A DNA stretch of 59,318 nucleotides, filler included. It is 5 parts of 5 records of this genome, joined end to end, with 100 filler letters (N's around TTAATTAATTAA, not from the genome) between each part and the next. Parts side by side here need not be neighbours in the genome. Positions count along the whole stretch, not along the records: positions 1 to 16,910 come from SRR20825006_845; 4 more parts are not named here. One strand, written 5' to 3'. Of this stretch, positions 1 to 9,429 are shown in pieces. The first letter of the stretch is position 1, and each line of letters opens with the position of its first letter. Below the pieces are notes generated by a model that worked only from the letters and a program-made list of their open reading frames with translations, was not told the DNA's origin and did no database searches. Made by a program: the position numbers and the translations under genes.

Positions 1-221
1 GAGCGCTCGAGCGCTCCGATCTTCGCTCGCACACGTTCGAGTTGTGCCGGGTTGAAGTCAAAGCCGACGACCTCGACCTCGGGGAAGCGATGCGCGATCT
101 CGAGCAGCGTGCAACCCCCGGAGGCGACAAACAGGACGCGCTTTGCCGAGGCGTGCTCGATGATCGCCAGATCCACCTCGGGATCTTCGCGAACGATGGC
201 AAACTTGACCACTGGCTCCAT
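1..221 (-). CDS. DUF3419/BtaA-like SAM-dependent transferase (5' part only; runs off the window start)
   Basis: Manual translation from ATG at 221 gives MEPVVKFAIVREDPEVDLAIIEHASAKRVLFVASGGCTLLEIAHRFPEVEVVGFDFNPAQLERV. The EDP, ASGGC and DxNPAQL motifs are typical of DUF3419/BtaA. Missing from the ORF track because it is truncated. Confidence 0.7.
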   Translation of the reverse strand, partial: MEPVVKFAIVREDPEVDLAIIEHASAKRVLFVASGGCTLLEIAHRFPEVEVVGFDFNPAQLERVRAKIGALER

Positions 222-474
222 AAGGACTCTCGCGCTTGATGTCTGTGAACGCGTGAGAATATATGCCAGGAGGACCTTGTTTGGCGACCGGCAAAGGCAT
301 CGCCCTCATCGATCACTCGGCGTCTTTTGATTCCGCCGCAAAATCGAAGTAGATGTAGCCATTCTCGCGCGTGATCGCAGGCTCGGCGCCCGGTTCGATC
401 GTCAACGTCAAGAGCACATCTTCGCCGCGTCTCGGAGTGAACCTTGTACATCGAAATTTCCCAGGATCAGTAAT

Positions 475-1410
475 ATGTCTTCGAGTGTTTCCATCCTGGG
501 GTTGAGCCTGGCGCTTATCGCCTCGCTCTGTTGGGCCGCGTTCGACGTCGTGCGAAAGCGCGTCGGCGAGCGAACGCGCGCCTCGAGCGCGCTCGCCTGG
601 CTCAATATCTGGCAGGTGTTCGCGCTCTCGCCATTGCTCGCCACCGGCGCCTTGCTGCCCGCCGAAAGCAACGGCGTCTTTCTGCCTCCGCTCCCCGCGC
701 TCACGCTCGACTATGGGTGGAGGATCGGCGCGAGCTTTCTGATCAATATCCTGGCCAACCTGATGTTTTTGCGCGCGGTGCAAATCTCACCGCTGAGTCT
801 GACGACGCCCTACCTCTCGTTCACGCCCGTGTTCACGGCATTGCTCGCGCTGGTGTTTTATGGCGAGGTGCCGGGCGCGTGGGGTTGGGCCGGGATCGCG
901 GTGGTGGTCGCCGGAGCGTTCTTCCTCAACCGAAAACCTGGCGCCAAGGGTTTTCTCGCGCCGCTGCTCGCGCTCAAGGAAGAGCGCGGGAGCGTCTACA
1001 TGCTCGGCGTCTCCGTGATGTGGAGCGTGACGCCCTTGCTCGACAAGGGCGGCTCGGAGCGCGTGGGGCCTATATGGCACACGTTTATCCTGGCGGCCTT
1101 GCTGGCGATCACGTTCTTTGGCTGGTTGTTCTACAAGGATGGCAGCCGCGAAAAGATCCTCGATGAATGGCGCGGTCGCAGCCGTTGGATCATGGCGGGA
1201 GGGCTCGTCTCTGCGGGCGCGATGGCTTGCCAGTTTGCCTCGTATGCGTGGATGGACATCGCCATCGTCGAGACGATCAAGCGCGCGGTGGGTGTCACCG
1301 TCGCGATGCTCGCGGGCTACCTGCTCTTTGGCGAGAAGGACATCGGGCGTCGCCTGGTCGCCGCGCTCGTGATGGTCATCGGCGTGGCGATGATCCTCTT
1401 TACGCGCTGA
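475..1410 (+). CDS. EamA/DMT family transporter
   Basis: About 10 hydrophobic segments in two EamA-like halves (SPLSLTTPYLSFTPVF; GYLLFGEK). Confidence 0.85.
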   Translation: MSSSVSILGLSLALIASLCWAAFDVVRKRVGERTRASSALAWLNIWQVFALSPLLATGALLPAESNGVFLPPLPALTLDYGWRIGASFLINILANLMFLRAVQISPLSLTTPYLSFTPVFTALLALVFYGEVPGAWGWAGIAVVVAGAFFLNRKPGAKGFLAPLLALKEERGSVYMLGVSVMWSVTPLLDKGGSERVGPIWHTFILAALLAITFFGWLFYKDGSREKILDEWRGRSRWIMAGGLVSAGAMACQFASYAWMDIAIVETIKRAVGVTVAMLAGYLLFGEKDIGRRLVAALVMVIGVAMILFTR

Positions 1411-1527
1411 CCGAGTCGCGAGAAGATGGAGAGGTATGATTTCATCAGATCCTTTTCGCGACCTTCGCGTTGTTACAGGTGTGTCAGCAGCAGACAGACA
1501 AAACTCGTGAGCAATCAGAGGTTCTTC

Positions 1528-2370
1528 ATGTCCCGATATATCAGCGCGAAGCATTCGATCAGTGTCGCTATTTTCGGCGCCTCCATGGCGCCAGCGATGG
1601 CGCTGGCTTGTGGTAACTCGATGGTGACCGCCACGCCGTTGACCTATGTGGCCAATGTCGCGGTCATCGGCGCGCCAGCTCTGTTTTTCGGGGCGATCGC
1701 GATCCTCCTCTACCGAAAGCAGAAGCTCGGGCGCGTCGCCGCGGTGTTGTTCACCGCGCTCCCGACGTTGATCTGTGCTTTCCTGAGCATCCCGATGCTG
1801 GCCATGGTCGCGCCCTTTGCCGATCACGAGAGCTTCCGCTCCTACAACACGCGCGTCTTGCTCGAAGACGCGATCACTTACCACAACCAGCATGGTGAGT
1901 TTCCGGGCGGCAAGAACTACAGCTACTCGAACCAGGCTGGTCCTGACGTGGGGATCGATTGCAGTATCGCGGAAGAGGTCGAGCAATCGGGCGGGTCCTG
2001 GGAGTTTAACACCTTCGACGAGACCACACCGCGTGGCAAAAAGGCCAGGGAGGTCCTGGGCCACTTCTCGAAGGAGATGCGCATGTCGCGCCAGGACTGG
2101 GGCGCTCAGGTCGTCTATATGACAGGTCCTGGAGAGGGCAACGAGGCGACCGCCTCCATCGCCATCGTCCAGGCGGTTCCTGGCTACGACGGTGATCCGA
2201 CGCGATGTTTTGTCTCTACGCGCACGGCGGCCTTCGATGCAGCGAGCGGCGAGTTTGTCATCAAGGACTTCGAGCAGGATGACTACGAGCTCGACAAGAG
2301 CAAGAAGGTCATCGCCGAAAAAACCGACGGCGAAGAGAGCCAGGAGCTCCCCTCACCGCAGGCACCGTGA
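1528..2370 (+). CDS. Membrane protein with a possible pilin/pseudopilin-like C-terminal domain
   Basis: Signal-like N-terminus ending ALACGNSM, two TM helices, then a helix RVLLEDAITYHNQHGEFP and a later AVPGYDGDP reminiscent of deltaproteobacterial pilin globular domains. Start chosen at ATG 1528. Confidence 0.5.
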   Translation: MSRYISAKHSISVAIFGASMAPAMALACGNSMVTATPLTYVANVAVIGAPALFFGAIAILLYRKQKLGRVAAVLFTALPTLICAFLSIPMLAMVAPFADHESFRSYNTRVLLEDAITYHNQHGEFPGGKNYSYSNQAGPDVGIDCSIAEEVEQSGGSWEFNTFDETTPRGKKAREVLGHFSKEMRMSRQDWGAQVVYMTGPGEGNEATASIAIVQAVPGYDGDPTRCFVSTRTAAFDAASGEFVIKDFEQDDYELDKSKKVIAEKTDGEESQELPSPQAP

Positions 2371-2456
2371 CGCCCTGGCTTGCCTCGATCCTCATCGATG
2401 CATTAGGGTTGGCGTCGACAACGCTGTTTCTTACATTCCGATGAGAGGAGCTAGGC

Positions 2457-3488
2457 TTGAAGCCGAGCGTCTACGTATTGGGGGCGAGGGGCTTACTCGG
2501 CAAACGCCTCGTCGCGCTCCTGCGTGAGATCCCCGAGTTGAGGGAGCGCGTGATTCCTGTGGGGCGCAAGAAGGGCGCCATCAAGGTCGACGTACGCGCT
2601 CCAGGAACGCTCGCTCCTCACCTCACCCCGGGCGATATCGTCGTCGATCTCGTCGGACCCTACAGACACGATCCCTCTCCCTTGCTCGAGGTCTGCGTCT
2701 CGAGGCAAGCCCACTACATCGACCTGTGCGAATCACCGCATCGTCAGGCGCGCGTGCGCCAGTGGGTCGAGCTCCAACCGAAACAACCCGTCAAGAGCTG
2801 CGTTCTCACCGGGTGTTCGACGATCCCTGCGTTGGCCAATGCGCTCATGCCGTTGCTCGAGCGCCCCGGCGTGCGGGTGTTGCAATGGCATGTGTTTTTG
2901 TCGATGGGGACGCGTCACCCGGTAAGCGCATCGCTGCTGTATGGACTGCTCCGACCGTTGGGACGAAGCCGTGGTGGTTTGCAGTGGTGGCGCGAGAGCA
3001 TCACGCGCGAGCTCGGGGATGGGCGCTGGCGCCGCTATGGGAGTTATCCTGCGAGCTGGCCACTCGAACGAGTTCGCTTCTGGGCGGGCTTCGATCGCGC
3101 ATTCTATTGGTATTTGCTGCGCGTGGCGGCAGGGCTGACCGCGTTCATGCCAGATCAACTCCTCTGGCGTCTGTGTCAACTGGGCAGGCCGTTTGCCTCA
3201 CTGTTCAGGCTGCTTGGCACCGAGCGTGGTAGCCTGAGGCTCGAGCTGGAGGATGAGAACTCGAGCATCCGCGCGCTCGAGGTCCGCGCCAGCGAACATG
3301 GGCTGACAATCCCCGTCCTGCCCGCATTGTGGGCGATCCGCGCGCTCCTCGAGCGGGGCATGGACAGCTCTCGAGAGGAGCCTGTCGGCGTCCTCGGCCT
3401 CTCGGATCTCATCAGCGCCAAGGAAGCGGCCGCCAACCTACAGGCCAGAGGACACGTCGTTCAGGTGCGACGCGAGGTCACCTTTTGA
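2457..3488 (+). CDS. Saccharopine dehydrogenase-like NAD(P)-binding oxidoreductase
   Basis: VLGARGLLG Rossmann motif, VVDLVGPY, HYIDL and TGCSTIPAL motifs; TTG start after AGGAG. Confidence 0.75.
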   Translation: MKPSVYVLGARGLLGKRLVALLREIPELRERVIPVGRKKGAIKVDVRAPGTLAPHLTPGDIVVDLVGPYRHDPSPLLEVCVSRQAHYIDLCESPHRQARVRQWVELQPKQPVKSCVLTGCSTIPALANALMPLLERPGVRVLQWHVFLSMGTRHPVSASLLYGLLRPLGRSRGGLQWWRESITRELGDGRWRRYGSYPASWPLERVRFWAGFDRAFYWYLLRVAAGLTAFMPDQLLWRLCQLGRPFASLFRLLGTERGSLRLELEDENSSIRALEVRASEHGLTIPVLPALWAIRALLERGMDSSREEPVGVLGLSDLISAKEAAANLQARGHVVQVRREVTF

Positions 3489-3505
3489 TGCGCCGACGCG
3501 CTCGA

Positions 3506-5470
3506 TCATGAGGCATTGAACGAGCTCACCAACGCGCCGAGCTCGTCCGCGAGCTCTCCGAGCACGGTCGCCGTCTCGAGCGCGCTCGCTGTCTTGGTGA
3601 TGGTGTGCTCGGCGCCTGTGCGAAGCTCGTTGACGCTTTCATCGATCTGAGCCGTACCTCGGGCCGCTTCGTTGACCTCGCGAGCGATCTCACTCGTCGT
3701 CGCTGTCTGCTGCTCCACGGCAGCGGCGATGGTGGTCTGCAAATCACTGATCTGGTCGATGATATCCGTGATCTCGCGGATCGCCTCCACGGCGCTCTTG
3801 GTGTCCTTCTGGATCGCGTCGATCTTGTTGGCGATATCCTGCGTGGCGCGCGCCGTCTCGCGCGCCAGCTCCTTGACCTCTCCCGCGACCACGGCAAACC
3901 CCTTGCCCGCTTCTCCGGCACGCGCCGCCTCGATCGTGGCGTTGAGCGCGAGCAGGTTCGTCTGCTGAGAGACGGACGTGATGACCTTGACCACCTCGCT
4001 GATCTCGGCGCTGCTCTGGCCGAGCCTCGCGATGCTCTCGTCCGTGGCCCGAGCCTTGTGGACCGCCTCCGAGGCGACCCTCGCGGCGTTCGAGGCGCTG
4101 CGCGCGATATCCTGAATACTCGCTGACATTTCCTCGGCGCCGCTGGCCACGCACTGGAGGCTCATGTTGACCTGACTCGAGGTCGCCATCACATCACCTG
4201 TCTGCTCGCCAGAGACCACCGCGCGCTGATTGAGATCCTTGCTGTTCTCATTGAGCCTCGTGGATGCCTGGGAGAGCTGCTCCGCGGTGGCGGTGATTTT
4301 GTTCACCGCGAACTTCTGCTGCGTGATGTCTGTGGCGAACTTGACCACCTTGTAGGGCTTGCCGTTGAGATCGAAGATCGGGTTGTACGACGCCTGGATC
4401 CAGATCTCCTTGCCCCCCTTTCCATACCTCTTGTACTCGGCGGCCTGATACTCTCCTCGCCCGAGGCGCGCCCAGAAGTCACGATACTCCGCCGAGGCCG
4501 CGTGAGCCGGGTCGACGAAGATGCGGTGGTGCTTGCCGATGATTTCATCCTCGGTGTAGCCGACCGTCACGAGGAAGTTCTCGTTGGCGCTCTGAATGTT
4601 TCCTTGCAGGTCGAACTCGATCACCGCCATCGATTTGCTCACCGCCGCGATCTGGCTCTCGAAGTTGGCGTTACGCAGCTTCTCCTCGGTGATATCGATG
4701 GCGTATTTGACCACCTTGTAAGGCTTGTCGTCGACGTCGCGAATCGGACTATAAGAAGCCTGGATCCAGATCTCTCTGCCCCCCTTGCCATACCTCTTGT
4801 ACTCCGCTGTTTGGAACTCGCCGCGGTTGAGTCTTTCCCAAAAGGCCATGTACTCGGATGACACCGCCTCTTGCTCCGAGACAAACATCCTGTGGTGGCG
4901 TCCGACGACCTCGTGCTCGGCGTAACCCATGGTTTGAAGGAAGTTCGCGTTGGCCGAGAGGATCATCCCGTCGAGGTCGAACTCGATCACCGCCATCGCT
5001 TTGTTCACCGCCGCGATCTGGCCTCGAAAGTCGGTCGCCTCGATTTTTCGGCGCGTGATGTCGGAGGCGAACTTCACGACCTTGTAAGGGTTGCCATCCT
5101 CGTCACGGATCGGATTGTAGGAAGCTTGAATCCACAGCTCCCGACCGCGCTTGTCAAAGCGTCTATACTCCGCCGAGAAGAACTCACCTCGACGCAGACG
5201 CGCCCAGAAATCCCTGTACTCCGCCGAGTTCGCGTCACCCGAGGAGACGAAGATGCGGTGATGCTCGCCGATGAGGTCACGCTCTTTATAGCCCACCAGC
5301 GCGAGGAAGTTCTCGTTCGCCGAGAGGATGTGACCCTGCAAGTCGAATTCGATCACCGCCAGAGAGCGATGGAGCGCGTCGACCTGTGCTGCGCGATCAC
5401 GCAAAAATCGCGTGTCGTGCTCGATATCATCAGGAACGGCCAACAGCGCCGTATCGATGGACTGAGCCAT
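3506..5470 (-). CDS. Soluble methyl-accepting chemotaxis protein with three PAS/PAC domains
   Basis: Three AVIEFDLxG...ANENFL...HHRIFV...FWARLxRGE...WIQASYNPI...VVKFA repeats, the MCP hairpin [27 protein letters not shown], and no TM segment. Confidence 0.95.
   Translation of the reverse strand: MAQSIDTALLAVPDDIEHDTRFLRDRAAQVDALHRSLAVIEFDLQGHILSANENFLALVGYKERDLIGEHHRIFVSSGDANSAEYRDFWARLRRGEFFSAEYRRFDKRGRELWIQASYNPIRDEDGNPYKVVKFASDITRRKIEATDFRGQIAAVNKAMAVIEFDLDGMILSANANFLQTMGYAEHEVVGRHHRMFVSEQEAVSSEYMAFWERLNRGEFQTAEYKRYGKGGREIWIQASYSPIRDVDDKPYKVVKYAIDITEEKLRNANFESQIAAVSKSMAVIEFDLQGNIQSANENFLVTVGYTEDEIIGKHHRIFVDPAHAASAEYRDFWARLGRGEYQAAEYKRYGKGGKEIWIQASYNPIFDLNGKPYKVVKFATDITQQKFAVNKITATAEQLSQASTRLNENSKDLNQRAVVSGEQTGDVMATSSQVNMSLQCVASGAEEMSASIQDIARSASNAARVASEAVHKARATDESIARLGQSSAEISEVVKVITSVSQQTNLLALNATIEAARAGEAGKGFAVVAGEVKELARETARATQDIANKIDAIQKDTKSAVEAIREITDIIDQISDLQTTIAAAVEQQTATTSEIAREVNEAARGTAQIDESVNELRTGAEHTITKTASALETATVLGELADELGALVSSFNAS
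4330..5400 (-). repeat. Three intragenic 366-bp PAS-PAC coding repeats
   Basis: TCGAA(C/T)TCGATCACCGCCA recurs at 4611, 4977 and 5343, a spacing of 366 bp (122 aa). Outer boundaries are approximate. Confidence 0.85.
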
Positions 5471-5521
5471 AATAAACCCCTGGAAGTTATCTGTTTTGAA
5501 TTAGCGATACTGCTAAATATG

Positions 5522-5549
5522 CAATCGGCACGCTCCAGGGAGAACTTGA
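5522..5549 (-). promoter_or_regulatory. Putative sigma-28 (FliA/SigD-type) promoter of the chemoreceptor
   Basis: The minus strand reads TCAAG-N15-GCCGATTG about 50 bp upstream of the MCP ATG, resembling the T(A/C)AAG...GCCGATAA consensus. Confidence 0.5.
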
Positions 5550-5761
5550 TAGCCCCGCTCTTCGAGCCTTGTGGACCGCCACGAGCCGCTCCTCGAACGC
5601 TGACTCGGAGCAGGTCGTCGAGTTCTCGATGTTGTTTTCATCAGGACGCGTTGACTCCTGGCCGCGTGGGTCAATGATTGAAACCGCCCCGAGAGCCACC
5701 CTCGCTGCGCGTTCGCGCGAATGAACGCGCTATCTTTAGCGACCACACACCAGGAGAATCC

Positions 5762-6814
5762 ATGCTTCGTTACCGCATGTTGGGAAAATCAGGTCTTCGC
5801 GTCTCTCAAATCTGTCTCGGAACGATGAGTTTCGGGAATCAGTGGGGCTTTGGCGCCGATGAAAAGACCAGCCACGCCATCCTCGATGCCTACAAGGAGG
5901 CCGGCGGCAACTTCCTGGACACGGCGAACAAATACCACGGCGGTGAGACCGAAGAGATCTGCGGCAGCTGGCTCGAAGGCCAGCGCGATCGCTTCGTCGT
6001 CGCGACCAAATACACGCTCGCCATGGATCACGATGATCCAAACACCGCAGGCAACCACCGCAAGAACATGGTCCGCTCGGTCGAGGAGAGCCTGAAGCGC
6101 CTGCGCACCGATTACATCGACCTGCTCTGGGTGCACGCCTGGGACAAATACACCCCTTATCAGGAGACGATGCGCGCGCTCGATGACCTCGTGCGCGCAG
6201 GCAAGGTGCTCTATGTCGGCGTCAGTGATACGCCTGCCTGGGTGGTCTCGGCCTCCAACACGCTGGCCGAGCTTCGCGGTTGGAGCGAGTACGTCGGGCT
6301 TCAGATCGAATACAGCCTGCTCGAGCGCACGCCCGAGCGAGATTTGCTCCCGATGGCCGATCAGTTCGATCTCTCGATCCTCGCCTGGGCGCCGCTTGGC
6401 GGCGGCGTCCTGACGGGCAAATACACCCGCGGCGAGAAGAGCGAGATGGACTCCAAACGCGCCGGTGGTAATGAGGCGAGGGGTCGGACAAGCGAGCGCA
6501 ACCTCGCGATCGCGCGCGCGGTGGATGAGGTCGCCGATGACCTCGGCGCGAGCTCGGCGCAGGTCGCCACCGCCTGGGTTCAAGCGCAGGGATATCGCTA
6601 TATCCCGATCGTCGGCGCGCGCAAGGTCTCGCAGATCGAGGACTCGCTCAAAGCGGCCACGTTAAACCTGAGCGAGGAGCACTTGAAGAGGTTGAATCAG
6701 GTGAGCGCCATCGAGCTTGGCTTCCCGCACGACTTCCTCGACTCCAAGGGCGTGCTCGATCTCGTGCGCTCGGAGTCACGTCATCTCATCGATGGACGCC
6801 TCGCCAAGGGTTGA
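5762..6814 (+). CDS. Aldo/keto reductase
   Basis: LGKSGLRVSQICLGTM, GGNFLDTANKY, VVATKY, SLKRLRTDYIDLLWVH and GKVLYVGVS motifs; RBS AGGAG precedes ATG 5762. Confidence 0.95.
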   Translation: MLRYRMLGKSGLRVSQICLGTMSFGNQWGFGADEKTSHAILDAYKEAGGNFLDTANKYHGGETEEICGSWLEGQRDRFVVATKYTLAMDHDDPNTAGNHRKNMVRSVEESLKRLRTDYIDLLWVHAWDKYTPYQETMRALDDLVRAGKVLYVGVSDTPAWVVSASNTLAELRGWSEYVGLQIEYSLLERTPERDLLPMADQFDLSILAWAPLGGGVLTGKYTRGEKSEMDSKRAGGNEARGRTSERNLAIARAVDEVADDLGASSAQVATAWVQAQGYRYIPIVGARKVSQIEDSLKAATLNLSEEHLKRLNQVSAIELGFPHDFLDSKGVLDLVRSESRHLIDGRLAKG

Positions 6815-6869
6815 GCCACGGCGCCCTGGAGCGCGCGTTTGAAAGAAGATGAAGCGAGCGCTTCGCCGA

Positions 6870-6953
6870 GCGAAAGCCATGGGGCGCGACATTTGCCATC
6901 ACGCGGCAACTCCGCGAAAACCTGTGGCAAATGTCGCGCCCCATGGCTTTCGC
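6870..6953. repeat. Perfect 29-bp inverted repeat (REP-like palindrome) between convergent genes
   Basis: GCGAAAGCCATGGGGCGCGACATTTGCCA (6870-6898) and its exact reverse complement (6925-6953), 26-nt spacer. Confidence 0.9.
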
Positions 6954-6992
6954 GGGCCGCCGTCGATGTCCACATCGGGGTGGAGGAGGGCA

Positions 6993-8870
6993 TCAATTCA
7001 GGCGCATCGAGATCACGCCCGCGCGGATGCCCTCTTCATACTCATCCTCATCTTCAGCCTCGGTGGGATGCATGAGGTCTTCGGATTGCTCGAGGGTCCA
7101 GATCACGGGGATCGTGACGCGGAAGGTCGAACCCTCGCCAAGCGCGCTGTCGAGCTCGACCTTGCCTCCGAGCAGGTGCGTGAACTGGCGCGTGATCGTC
7201 AGCCCGAGCCCTGTGCCCTTGTGCCGAGTCTTCAACGCGTTTACCCCCTGAGAGAACCCCTCGAAGATGGAGCGTTGCGTCTCTTCATCCATCCCATCAC
7301 CATGATCCTCGATCTCGATGACGAGCATCGCTTGCTGACCCTGGACCTGGGTCTTGGCGCGGAGGATGATCTCGTCTTTCTGGGTAAACTTGTTGGCGTT
7401 CGAGAGCAGGTTGAGCAGGATCTGTCGCACCTTGTCCCGATCCGAAAACAGGGTCTCCATCTCATCATCGAGCTCGAGCACGAGGGTGTTCTTCTGCCCA
7501 TTCAGGTTTGGCCGGAGCACACGATCGACCTCGATGGCCAACTCGCATAAGTCGAACGAGGAGGGATGAACCTCCATCTGCCCAGCCTCGACCTTGGAGA
7601 GATCCAGGATCTCGTTGACGAGCTGAAGGAGCTGCGAGGCCGCGAGCAAGATGCTCTCGAGATCCTCGTTCAACAGCTCGTTCTCGGGGTACTCCTCTTG
7701 CAGGAGCTCGGTGTAGCCGAGGATCGCCGTCAGAGGCGTCCTGAATTCATGCGCGATGCTCGCGAGGAAGATGCTCTTGGCGCGCGAAGCCTCGCGCGCC
7801 TCAAGGACGGAATGCACCGAGCTGACATCGCGCGCGATCAGCACGAGCTCGGGGTCCTCGCCCTCGAGCATTCTCCAGTGCAGTGAGAAGTGCTTGTTTT
7901 TACGGACGAGCGTTGTCGGCAGGTTATGCAAAAGATCTCTCGATCCTCGCTCCTCCGAGTCGAACTGTGAGAGCTGCTCGCGAAGCTTTCGCGACAGCAG
8001 CGCCTCGTGGCCAAAGATAACCTCGAGCGCGTCCTCGCCCTCCTCGCACTCCCCGAACCAGGCCTCGAAGCGCTGGCTATGCATGCGCCCTAGCTTGCCG
8101 TCTGGTGTGAACGTGACGATGGCGTCTCCGCCCGCGTCGAGGATCAGCTCGAGCCGCTTCATCGCGGCCTCGAGCGTGACACCATCGCGCTTGATGCGCT
8201 CGAGCAATGCCCGCAACTTCAGATCCATAGGCCGGAACACAAACGCCGCCTCGCACACGAGCGTCAGCATCATCATGACCAGGATCGCGCGCTCGAGCCA
8301 GGTGAGGCGATCGGTGTTCTCGCGCGATCGGGTTTCATAGAGTTTGGTCGCTTCATCGAGCAACCCGAGCACCTCGGGCGCCTGCGCTTTGTTGCGCACG
8401 AACGCTTCGGTGAAAGCAGCGCTCCCAGGCTCCGTGCTCGCGATGATTCTCAGATCCTGGATGTAGGCGTCGAGTTTTTGATCGAGCCCCTTGTCCCCGA
8501 AATACAACGCCGTGCCGCGCTCGCCGAGCTCCTGCGCGGGGAGCTTCATCGACAGATCACCCTGGAGCAACGCCTGGTGGCTGCGCTCGAGAAGATCGGC
8601 TTGCTGTGTGAGCTTGACGCGCGCCGTCAATTGCTCCTGGGTCGTCTTGCCGAGCGCGACCTGTGCGGCGAACAACGCCGTGCGCTGTGACAACATACGT
8701 TGGCGACCCGCGATGTTGATCCGCGTCCCATCCGAGCGCTGGTTGTCGAGCATGATCTGGTTCGCCGTGAAGGCGCCGAGCGCGAGCAACGCTATCAGCG
8801 AGAGCCCGAGAACATAGCGCAGTTGATAGCGCCGGATCGTGCTGAAAATGTCGAGATCTTGGAAGCCCAT
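6993..8870 (-). CDS. Sensor histidine kinase with a NarX/PilJ-type periplasmic sensor domain
   Basis: Two TM helices flank a domain with the P-box-like INIAGRQRMLSQR. H-box FLASIAHEFRTPL, N-box QILLNLLSNANKFT, G boxes DHGDGM and GTGLGL. Confidence 0.92.
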   Translation of the reverse strand: MGFQDLDIFSTIRRYQLRYVLGLSLIALLALGAFTANQIMLDNQRSDGTRINIAGRQRMLSQRTALFAAQVALGKTTQEQLTARVKLTQQADLLERSHQALLQGDLSMKLPAQELGERGTALYFGDKGLDQKLDAYIQDLRIIASTEPGSAAFTEAFVRNKAQAPEVLGLLDEATKLYETRSRENTDRLTWLERAILVMMMLTLVCEAAFVFRPMDLKLRALLERIKRDGVTLEAAMKRLELILDAGGDAIVTFTPDGKLGRMHSQRFEAWFGECEEGEDALEVIFGHEALLSRKLREQLSQFDSEERGSRDLLHNLPTTLVRKNKHFSLHWRMLEGEDPELVLIARDVSSVHSVLEAREASRAKSIFLASIAHEFRTPLTAILGYTELLQEEYPENELLNEDLESILLAASQLLQLVNEILDLSKVEAGQMEVHPSSFDLCELAIEVDRVLRPNLNGQKNTLVLELDDEMETLFSDRDKVRQILLNLLSNANKFTQKDEIILRAKTQVQGQQAMLVIEIEDHGDGMDEETQRSIFEGFSQGVNALKTRHKGTGLGLTITRQFTHLLGGKVELDSALGEGSTFRVTIPVIWTLEQSEDLMHPTEAEDEDEYEEGIRAGVISMRLN

Positions 8871-9145
8871 GTCGCTTATCTCGTGACGAAGAGGCTCATC
8901 CTTGCCTCAAAAAAGTCCAGGGGCCAGGCGAAGCACCGAGACATCGCTCGTGCTACATCCTCGCCGCGAACGAGGGCTGCTCGAAGAGAGCGGCAACCTC
9001 GGTTTTTCCAATCACAAGCATTTCGAGAATAAGTCACTATCTTGGATGCTCGGCGCCCGATTTTCGGTGCTCGCGCGATCTCTAAACCGCGGTGCATGAA
9101 AGAGAATCGAGAGTGATGCATCTTCATGCATGGTGGTTTAGGTAC

Positions 9146-9175
9146 AAAAAAGGAGGTTGGTTTCACCCAACCCCC
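9146..9175 (-). terminator. Intrinsic terminator with no protein gene immediately upstream on this strand
   Basis: Minus strand GGGGGTTGG-GTGAAA-CCAACCTCC-TTTTTT: a 9-bp stem with one G.U pair, then U6. Confidence 0.65.
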
Positions 9176-9429
9176 TCGAGGTATCGGCACGATGTCGCGC
9201 ATACATTTATGCGCGCAAATCTTACATTTGTACAGACTCGCTGGAAAGTCCCTCCTCGCGGGCTCTCTCGCGATATGGCCAGTGAGAGAACCGATCCACG
9301 TAAATGTCACCTGATGTTTGCATCATGGCGCTTGCATCTTTGTCAGGTCGCGCGCTAGGTCCTTCCTACCTCTCTCTAACAAGAGATATGCCACCGCTGG
9401 CGAAAGAGACCTCGACAGGAGCCAACCGC

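Noticed and set aside
787..2064. 425-aa minus-strand ORF
   Set aside because: Antisense to EamA and the adjacent membrane protein; no recognisable domain.
8876..9310. 144-aa minus-strand ORF in the intergenic gap
   Set aside because: It reads through a terminator hairpin, has atypical composition and shows no RBS or motif.
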